A DNA stretch of 8,946 nucleotides from Candidatus Saccharimonadota bacterium (lineage in GTDB: Bacteria > Pseudomonadota > Gammaproteobacteria > Enterobacterales > Enterobacteriaceae), in assembly GCF_012571345.1 (NCBI RefSeq), contig NZ_CP046218.1, positions 193,500 to 202,445 on the forward strand, in the 5' to 3' direction. Below, piece by piece: positions 1 through 6,412 of the stretch; positions within the stretch are counted from its first letter, which is position 1; the number at the start of each line of letters is the position of its first letter. Position numbers and translations under genes: made by a program. The notes under the pieces were generated by a model. That model saw only the letters and a list, made by a program, of their open reading frames with translations. It searched no databases and was not told where the DNA came from.

Positions 1-1094
1 GCTTTAATAATAGCAACCATAAACACACCATGTTCAAAAACATATTGTTCTGTTAATATATTTTTTTCACTAACAATATTTTCAAAACTATGTTGTTGAT
101 ACTGTTTTCTCCATGTTAATAAATTTATATCATTATTTTCCCAATCAGTTATCATGTTTTGTGAAAATGTTCCAGATATAATATCATCCATATGTATTTT
201 GAACAACGGTTGTAATATTTTTTTTAATCGCATAGATAAGTAATATGCATGTATTTTACTCATATTATCTAATCGATCCATCATTAAACTTATTCCACCC
301 TGTTTTAAGGCTTCAGTAATATATTCCCAGCCGTATTGAATTAATTGTGAAGCAGTTATAGGTTTAACATGTAGACTAATAAGTTTATCATAAAATATCA
401 TAGAAGCTGTTTGTAGCATACCACATAATACTGTTTGTTCACCCATCAAATCAGATTTAACTTCTGCAGCAAATGAAGATTCTAACACACCTGCTTTGTG
501 ACTACCTATAGATACAGCCCAAGCTTTTGCTATTTCTAAAGCATCATGATCATAATTATTATGAATAGCAATTAATGCTGGTACCCCAAAACCACGTTGA
601 AATTCTTCTCTTACTTCTGTGCCTGGACATTTTGGTGCTACCATTATTATATTAATATTACTTGGAAATTGCTCGCCTTCTTCAATAATATTAAAGCCAT
701 GTGAATATCCTATTGTAACTTTTTTTTTTAATAAAGGTTTAATATTTTTAAAAACTTTTTTATGTTGTTTATCTGGTGTTAGATTAATAATTAGATCTGC
801 ATATGGTATTAGTTCTTGTATAGTTCCAACAACAAAATCATGTTTTTTTGCTCTTTGCCATGAAATATTTTTATATATAATCGCATTCCTTGTTAGAACA
901 TATGAAACATCTAATCCAGAATCTCTCATATTTAATCCTTGATTTAATCCTTGCGCACCACAACCAATAATAACAATTTTTTTATTTTTAAGAATTTTAT
1001 TCCCTTGTTCAAATTCTTTATTTGTCATTAAACGCGATTTTTGCAATGTATTTAATTTTTCACGGAAGTTTAAAGTATTAAAATAATTATTCAT
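1..1094 (-). CDS. ilvC: ketol-acid reductoisomerase, N-terminal ~364 codons; the 3' end lies beyond the left window edge
   Basis: It is absent from the ORF track because it is open to the window edge. The reverse complement from ATG 1094..1092 reads [65 protein letters not shown] and stays open to position 1 (last residues ...[17 protein letters not shown]). This is collinear with E. coli IlvC (MANYFNTLNLRQQL...[23 protein letters not shown]...EQEYFDKGVLMIAMVKAG). An AAGG lies about 11 nt upstream of the ATG. Confidence 0.93.
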   Translation of the reverse strand, partial: MNNYFNTLNFREKLNTLQKSRLMTNKEFEQGNKILKNKKIVIIGCGAQGLNQGLNMRDSGLDVSYVLTRNAIIYKNISWQRAKKHDFVVGTIQELIPYADLIINLTPDKQHKKVFKNIKPLLKKKVTIGYSHGFNIIEEGEQFPSNINIIMVAPKCPGTEVREEFQRGFGVPALIAIHNNYDHDALEIAKAWAVSIGSHKAGVLESSFAAEVKSDLMGEQTVLCGMLQTASMIFYDKLISLHVKPITASQLIQYGWEYITEALKQGGISLMMDRLDNMSKIHAYYLSMRLKKILQPLFKIHMDDIISGTFSQNMITDWENNDINLLTWRKQYQQHSFENIVSEKNILTEQYVFEHGVFMVAIIK

Positions 1095-1204
1095 AGATAT
1101 AGCAACCTTCTATATATAGTACTGATAAACACTAATATATTTATCATAATAATAAAAATATTCTTTGTTTATTAAACATTATATAAATCAAAAATTTTTT
1201 ATCA

Positions 1205-1230
1205 ATAATGTTTTTATATAAAAACATTAT
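1205..1230. repeat. perfect 26-nt palindrome ATAATGTTTTTATATAAAAACATTAT in the ilvD-ilvC spacer; possible intercistronic hairpin, function unknown
   Basis: All 13 position pairs are complementary when checked base by base. It starts 11 nt downstream of the ilvD stop on the transcribed (minus) strand. A third copy of the 9-mer AAACATTAT lies at 1174..1182. The stem has only one G:C pair and no adjacent U-run, so a terminator role is unproven. Confidence 0.5.
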
Positions 1231-1240
1231 CTAGCATATA

Positions 1241-3097
1241 TTATTTATAGTACTTAAATGTATTAAGATCCCTAATAGCACCTTTATCTGCACTTGTTAC
1301 GAAAGCAGCATAAGTTTGCAATGCAATAGAAATATTTCTTTTACGTTTTTTCGGGGTATAAGCTTTTATACCTCTATTTTTTTCTTTGTGTATTCTTTGA
1401 GTAATAACATCGTGAGATATTTTAAGATTAATAGTACGTTGCGGTATATTAATTTCTATTATATCATTATTTTCGATTAGAGCTATTAAACCATGATTTG
1501 CCGCTTCTGGAGATATATGTCCGATAGATAATCCTGATGAACCACCAGAAAAACGACCATCAGTAATTAATGCACAGTTTGTATCTAATCTCATAGTTTT
1601 TAGATATGATGTAGGATATAACATTTCCTGCATTCCTGGACCTCCTTTAGGTCCTTCATATCTAATAACTACTACATCACCAGGAATAATATGTTTATTT
1701 AAAATAGCTTTTACCGCATCTTCTTGACTTTCATATACTTTAGCTTTACCAGTAAAAATCATTAACTTGTTAGGGACACTAGCTGTTTTCACTACACAGC
1801 CATGTTTTGCAATATTACCATATAATACCGCTAAACCACCATCTTTACTAAAAGCAGAATCATAAGATCTAATACAACCAATTTTTCTATTTGTATCTAA
1901 ATTATGAAAAAATTTGTTTTGTGAAAATGGTTGTATAGTTTTTATATTACCTGGCGCAGAAGAAAAAAAGTTTTTAATATCTTTATTATGTGTGATAGTA
2001 ATATCATATTTCATTATTGTGTCATATAAAGTTACATTCATAATATTTTTTACAGTAGCATCTATTAAACCTATTTTATATAGTTCATTTAATAAACTTA
2101 TAACACCGCCAGCTCTATGAAAATCTTCCATATAATATTTTTTTGTACTAGGTGATAACATACATAACCAAGGTACTTTTCTAGATAACATATCTATTTC
2201 TGATAAATTTAAAGATATTTTAGCTTCATGTGCTAATGCTAACATATGTAAAATAGTATTAGTAGAACCACCCATAGCAATATCCATTGTGATGGCATTA
2301 ATAAAAGCTGATTTATTAGCAATATTACGAGGCAAAACATCAATATTATCTTCTTGATAATATTGATGTGTAATATTAACTATGGTTTTGCCTGCTAGCA
2401 TACATAAGTTTTTGCGGTTTATATGTGTTGCTAATAGTGTACCATTACCTGGCAGTGCCAAACCTAGTGCTTCCGTAAGACAATTCATAGAATTTGCTGT
2501 AAACATTCCTGAACAAGAACCACATGTAGGACATGCATTATCTTCAATATTTTTTATGCTAGATTTAGAAAATTTTGTGCTACCTCCATATATCATGGCA
2601 TCAACTAAATCAATTCTTTGTTCCTGGGAATTTATATATATTTTACCTGCTTCCATAGGACCCCCAGAAATAAAAACTGTAGGTATATTTAAACGCAAAG
2701 AAGCCATTAACATTCCAGGAGTAATTTTATCACAATTAGTAATACAAATCATGGCATCTACACAATGTGCATTAATAACATATTCTATAGAATCTGCAAT
2801 AAGTTCTCTAGATGGTAAAGAATACAACATACCACTATGACCCATAGCTATACCATCATCAATAGCTATTGTATTAAATTCTTTTGCAATAGCACCATTT
2901 AAAGTAATTTCTTTAGAAATTATTTTAGCTATATCTTTTAAATGTATGTGTCCAGGTACAAATTGGGAAAATGAATTAACTATGGCAATAATAGGTTTAT
3001 TAAAATCATCATTACGCATACCAGTAGCTTTCCATAATGCTCGAGCTCCAGACATATTACGTCCTTGTGTTGTTGTTGATGAACGATAAATGGGCAT
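1241..3097 (-). CDS. ilvD: dihydroxy-acid dehydratase
   Basis: This 618-aa ORF is collinear end to end with E. coli IlvD (616 aa). The N-termini match ([27 protein letters not shown] vs [27 protein letters not shown]). Conserved blocks include [63 protein letters not shown] and ITDGRFSGG. Confidence 0.97.
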   Translation of the reverse strand: MPIYRSSTTTQGRNMSGARALWKATGMRNDDFNKPIIAIVNSFSQFVPGHIHLKDIAKIISKEITLNGAIAKEFNTIAIDDGIAMGHSGMLYSLPSRELIADSIEYVINAHCVDAMICITNCDKITPGMLMASLRLNIPTVFISGGPMEAGKIYINSQEQRIDLVDAMIYGGSTKFSKSSIKNIEDNACPTCGSCSGMFTANSMNCLTEALGLALPGNGTLLATHINRKNLCMLAGKTIVNITHQYYQEDNIDVLPRNIANKSAFINAITMDIAMGGSTNTILHMLALAHEAKISLNLSEIDMLSRKVPWLCMLSPSTKKYYMEDFHRAGGVISLLNELYKIGLIDATVKNIMNVTLYDTIMKYDITITHNKDIKNFFSSAPGNIKTIQPFSQNKFFHNLDTNRKIGCIRSYDSAFSKDGGLAVLYGNIAKHGCVVKTASVPNKLMIFTGKAKVYESQEDAVKAILNKHIIPGDVVVIRYEGPKGGPGMQEMLYPTSYLKTMRLDTNCALITDGRFSGGSSGLSIGHISPEAANHGLIALIENNDIIEINIPQRTINLKISHDVITQRIHKEKNRGIKAYTPKKRKRNISIALQTYAAFVTSADKGAIRDLNTFKYYK

Positions 3098-3223
3098 GAT
3101 AATCTCGTTTTATAAGTAAAAAAGTATATATTAATATGTTTTAATTAATTTTAGTAAGTTTTAATATTTCTTGCTAATATATAAAAATAAATTTTTTTGT
3201 ATTTTGTTTTTATATATATTATT

Positions 3224-4041
3224 TTACCTCTACTAATAATTACTATATTAGTAATTTTATGTATAAAATATTTATTATTATGATAAATATTTCATTTATT
3301 TAATAGTTCTTATACAACATAATTTTCATAAATAAAAATTGAAAACATACTGTAAGTGCAAAATACTATAATAAGTTATCATCCTAAAAAACAGTATATA
3401 AAACTAATACAATATGTTTTTTAATCATGAACATATTTTTGTTAATGCTTTAAAAAATAACATCTAAAATGATTTCATATATTTTTTTATAATCACTATA
3501 TTCATGATACATGTCCCTACATATATACCAATTATAAAAATCATTTCTAATATTTTATATTATCATCATTATATGATTGCTATTATGTTTTATACCATTA
3601 CTAAATTATCATATTATTTTTAATAATAATATTACTATAAAAACATACTAATCATGATATGATTAAAATAATCTTTAGTATTTACAATATTGATTCTTAT
3701 TTTATTTATATGAAATAGAATTTTGATATATATTGCTGTTAAATAATATATTTTTATAAATTCATACGTAATATTAATGTGTTTACTAACAAAAAATTAT
3801 GTAAAATAATAATGCATTTTTATATTATAAAAAACATATTTAATATAATTTGCATGATGTTAAACAATAAATATTTTATAAAGGATTATAACATAATCTC
3901 GGACTATGTAAAATAACAACACTATAATTAACTATGTATATTATAATATTCATTATAGATTATTTATATCGAATCATATCATTGTATAACTAAATTAAAT
4001 TTGTTTTTTTTTATAAAAATTAAAATATTTGCTTATGTCAT
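3224..4041 (-). pseudogene. ilvE: decayed branched-chain amino acid aminotransferase gene (ilvE remnant); boundaries approximate
   Basis: It occupies the ilvE slot of ilvG-M-E-D on the same strand, and the 970-bp gap compares with about 930 bp for enterobacterial ilvE. The track shows no ORF on either strand. Minus-strand reading of 3790..3638 gives 51 stop-free codons (VSKHINITYEFIKIYYLTAIYIKILFHINKIRINIVNTKDYFNHIMISMFL). These align without gaps to E. coli IlvE residues ~76-126 (IDELMEACRDVIRKNNLTSAYIRPLIFVGDVGMGVNPPAGYSTDVIIAAFP) with 9 identities, clustered as LTxxYI(K/R)xL. In the same frame, 3529..3484 GIYVGTCIMNIVIIKK matches GYISEGAGENLFEVKD, and 3322..3299 LCCIRTIK matches RCGPVTKR. 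A candidate start ATG at 4041, 26 nt after the ilvM stop, is followed by TAA at codon 3. There are more than 20 in-frame stops and at least one frame change near 3880..3912. Confidence 0.6.
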
Positions 4042-4067
4042 ATTAAAAGATAAAAATGATATTTAGA

Positions 4068-4298
4068 TTATTGGATCATGATATTTTTTACATCTATTAG
4101 TTTAGAAATTTGTTGTACTAATAAATGTATAGATTTATAGCTCTTAACTATAATATAAAAGATAATATTATTATCTTTTTTTATTGTATTCATATTTATA
4201 GAACATAATAAATATCCTCTATGACGTATAATCCGTATAATACGTTCAGTAATTTCAGGAATAATATTGGTGATTATATATAATTGATATTTTTTCAT
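4068..4298 (-). CDS. ilvM: acetolactate synthase II small (regulatory) subunit
   Basis: The 76-aa ORF starts immediately after the ilvG stop (TAAATG). It aligns without gaps to E. coli IlvM residues 1-76 (PEITERIIRIIRHRGYLLCSINM vs PETLERVLRVVRHRGFHVCSMNM; KLIDV vs KLVDV). It lacks the last ~11 residues of the 87-aa E. coli protein. Confidence 0.85.
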   Translation of the reverse strand: MKKYQLYIITNIIPEITERIIRIIRHRGYLLCSINMNTIKKDNNIIFYIIVKSYKSIHLLVQQISKLIDVKNIMIQ

Positions 4299-5975
4299 TT
4301 AATCATTCTCTATCATATTATCATTACTTTGTCCAGGTGGTACTAAAGGCCAAACATTGTCATTTTCATTGATTTTTACATGTAATATATAAGTATTTTT
4401 CACTGAAAACATTTTTTTTAATCCTAAATATATTTCAGATATTTTTTTAATACTTGAACCTAATATGTCAAAAGCACTAGCTAATTGTAAAAAATTAGGA
4501 TTATCATTTAATATAGTCTCACTATATCTTTGGTTAAAAAATATTTGCTGCCATTGACGAACCATACCTAATCTTTGATTATCTAATAATACAATTTTAA
4601 TAGGTAACTTTTTTCTTTTAATAGTATTTAGTTCTTGTATATTCATCATAAAAGAACCATCACCAGAAATACAAATTACTGTATGTTTAGGATAAGCTAT
4701 TTGTGCACCAATAGCTGCAGGTAAACCAAAACCCATAGTTCCTAAACCACTAGAAGTAATAAATTTTCTTGGATGTTGAATATTAATATGTTGCGCAGCC
4801 CACATTTGATGTTGACCGACATCGGTAGTAATAATAGTATTCTTAGGCATTATTTTTGATAGTTTGTTTAAAAATATAGGAGCAAAAATTTTTGTATCAT
4901 TACAATTATCATTATAATTCCAAGTATATTTTTTTTTTATTATGCTTACATAATTTAACCAAGATCTGATATTTTTAGGTTTGATCAATAAAGGGATGTA
5001 ATCATTTATATCACCCAACAATTTTACATGTGCTAAACAAATTTTATCAAATTCTGCAGCATCAATATCTAAATGTATGATTTTAGCTTTATTAGCAAAT
5101 GTTTTAATATCACCAGTAACGCGATCATCAAATCTAGCACCTATAGCAATAAGAAGATCACATTTTTGTACTGCAATATTTGCTGCTTGATTACCATGCA
5201 TTCCTAACATACCTAAATAATAAGGATCATCATATAAAACTACACCTAAACCTTTTAGTGTTACTACGGTAGGTATTTTTGTATATTGGATAAATTGTCG
5301 GAGTATGTCTACGGCATTGCTTAGACTAACCCCTCCACCTATATACAATATAGGCATATTCGCTTGATATAACATTTTATTAACTTTATGTATGTCATTA
5401 TTAATATAAAATGTTTTTTTATTTTTAATTTTAGTAGTTTTATGACTATTTTGTATAGCATTTATATTTTTAAATAATTGTATATCTTTCGGTATATCTA
5501 TTAAGACAGGTCCAGGACGATTAGATAAAGCAATATCAAAAGATTGAGTTAGTATAGAATATAATGTTTTTGGATCTGTAATTAAAAAACTGTGTTTTGT
5601 ACATGCTAAGGACATGCCTATAATATCTATTTCTTGAAAAGCATCGGTACCAATTAATGATAATGGTACTTGACCTGTAATAGCAATAATAGGAATAGAA
5701 TCCATCATAGCATCTGCAATTCCAGTAAGTAAATTAGTAGCACCAGGTCCTGAAGTAGCTATGCATACTCCTATATTTCCAGTGGCTCGTGCATATCCAA
5801 TAGCTGCTATTGCTGCTCCTTGTTCATGTCTGCATAATACATGTTCTATATTAGAATGATATAATGCATCATATAATGGCATAATGGCACCACCAGGATA
5901 ACCAAAAACTATTTTAATGTTATGTTGATATAATATTTGTACTATATATTCTGCTCCATTCATATTAATTTTCAT
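4299..5975 (-). CDS. ilvG: acetolactate synthase II large (catalytic) subunit, intact
   Basis: The 558-aa ORF is collinear with full-length E. coli IlvG. Conserved blocks include MNGAEYIV (vs MNGAQWVV), [87 protein letters not shown] and VWPLVPPG. The E. coli protein begins at the position of the second Met here, so ATG 5963 is an alternative start. GAGGT directly abuts the ATG at 5975. Confidence 0.95.
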   Translation of the reverse strand: MKINMNGAEYIVQILYQHNIKIVFGYPGGAIMPLYDALYHSNIEHVLCRHEQGAAIAAIGYARATGNIGVCIATSGPGATNLLTGIADAMMDSIPIIAITGQVPLSLIGTDAFQEIDIIGMSLACTKHSFLITDPKTLYSILTQSFDIALSNRPGPVLIDIPKDIQLFKNINAIQNSHKTTKIKNKKTFYINNDIHKVNKMLYQANMPILYIGGGVSLSNAVDILRQFIQYTKIPTVVTLKGLGVVLYDDPYYLGMLGMHGNQAANIAVQKCDLLIAIGARFDDRVTGDIKTFANKAKIIHLDIDAAEFDKICLAHVKLLGDINDYIPLLIKPKNIRSWLNYVSIIKKKYTWNYNDNCNDTKIFAPIFLNKLSKIMPKNTIITTDVGQHQMWAAQHINIQHPRKFITSSGLGTMGFGLPAAIGAQIAYPKHTVICISGDGSFMMNIQELNTIKRKKLPIKIVLLDNQRLGMVRQWQQIFFNQRYSETILNDNPNFLQLASAFDILGSSIKKISEIYLGLKKMFSVKNTYILHVKINENDNVWPLVPPGQSNDNMIEND

Positions 5976-6162
5976 ACCTCAATGTATATAATTATTAATA
6001 AATTATATGTATATTCTATGCAACATTGTTTTTTAAGAATCTAGTAGGAATATTTTAAATATTTATTTATTATAATTTAATATATATTTAAAAAATTTTA
6101 AATAAAATTTATTTTTTATAGAATTAATATCAGATTTTTTATGAAAAGTATATTATTTGTTA

Positions 6163-6235
6163 CAGGGGTGGAGGGATTTGAACCCCCAACTACCGGTTTT
6201 GGAGACCGATGCTCTACCGTTTGAACTACACCCCT
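6163..6235 (-). tRNA. trpT: tRNA-Trp, anticodon CCA; 3' CCA not encoded
   Basis: The reverse complement is AGGGGTG TA GTTC AAACGGTA GAGC A TCGGT CTCCAAA ACCGG TAGTT GGGGG TTCAAAT CCCTC CACCCCT G. It folds into a full cloverleaf with a perfect 7-bp acceptor stem and the anticodon loop CU-CCA-AA. It is near-identical in architecture to E. coli tRNA-Trp, including the U11:G24 pair and discriminator G. The downstream bases are TAA, not CCA. Confidence 0.93.
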
Positions 6236-6412
6236 ATATGTATTTATAAATAAAATCTTTTTTTTACATTATATAACACATATATTTTTTTTATCAATAT
6301 AGAATATACAATATGTTTGTTAGAAAAGTAAAATTTTTGGTTGACATTTATATTTAAGGTAGTACAACATAAGGATACTATATATTTAAACTATTTTCAA
6401 TGATATTAAACC

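Noticed and set aside
619-942. 107-aa plus-strand ORF from the track
   Set aside because: It lies entirely antisense to the strongly supported ilvC reading frame. Its product is low-complexity and hydrophobic with no recognisable motif, which is typical of a shadow ORF opposite a real gene.
1914-2120. 68-aa plus-strand ORF from the track
   Set aside because: It is antisense to ilvD, which is collinear with E. coli IlvD across this segment. There is no independent support.
2382-2840. 152-aa plus-strand ORF from the track
   Set aside because: It is antisense to the most conserved part of ilvD (the [18 protein letters not shown] and CDKITPG region). This is a shadow ORF.
3504-3623. 39-codon plus-strand ORF (MIHVPTYIPIIKIISNILYYHHYMIAIMFYTITKLSYYF) inside the ilvM-ilvD gap, considered as a possible novel small membrane protein
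   Set aside because: It has no Shine-Dalgarno sequence. It lies antisense to the segment that still aligns to IlvE. Its length and composition are what random AT-rich sequence yields, and nothing distinguishes it from chance.
3098-4067. CRISPR array, tandem repeat, IS remnant or structured ncRNA as an explanation for the long AT-rich gap
   Set aside because: I found no repeated unit, terminal inverted repeats, or G+C-rich helices on either strand. The residual collinearity with IlvE explains the region better.
6003-6026. Mini-ORF MLHRIYI upstream of ilvG as a candidate ilvL-like leader peptide
   Set aside because: It has no run of Ile/Leu/Val regulatory codons and no downstream terminator or antiterminator hairpins. 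It is probably fortuitous.
6163-6235. Possible UGA-to-Trp genetic-code change, as in some very small symbiont genomes
   Set aside because: The tRNA-Trp anticodon is CCA, not UCA. Trp positions conserved with E. coli that I checked are encoded by TGG. All ORFs are full length under the standard code.
6241-6252. 12-nt palindrome TATTTATAAATA next to the tRNA 5' end
   Set aside because: It is short and made only of A and T, so it is expected by chance at this composition.
6268-6297. Minus-strand TTGATA, 18 nt, TATAAT upstream of tRNA-Trp, as its promoter
   Set aside because: The geometry is plausible: the -10 lies ~32 nt upstream of the mature 5' end. However, TATAAT-like and TTGATA-like hexamers occur by chance throughout ~90% A+T spacers, so this is not distinguishable from background.
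6341-6369. Consensus TTGACA at 6341..6346 with TACAAC 16 nt downstream, as a purH promoter
   Set aside because: The -35 hexamer is perfect and stands out in AT-rich DNA. The best-spaced -10 lacks the invariant final T and matches only 4 of 6 positions. This cannot be supported without 5'-end mapping.
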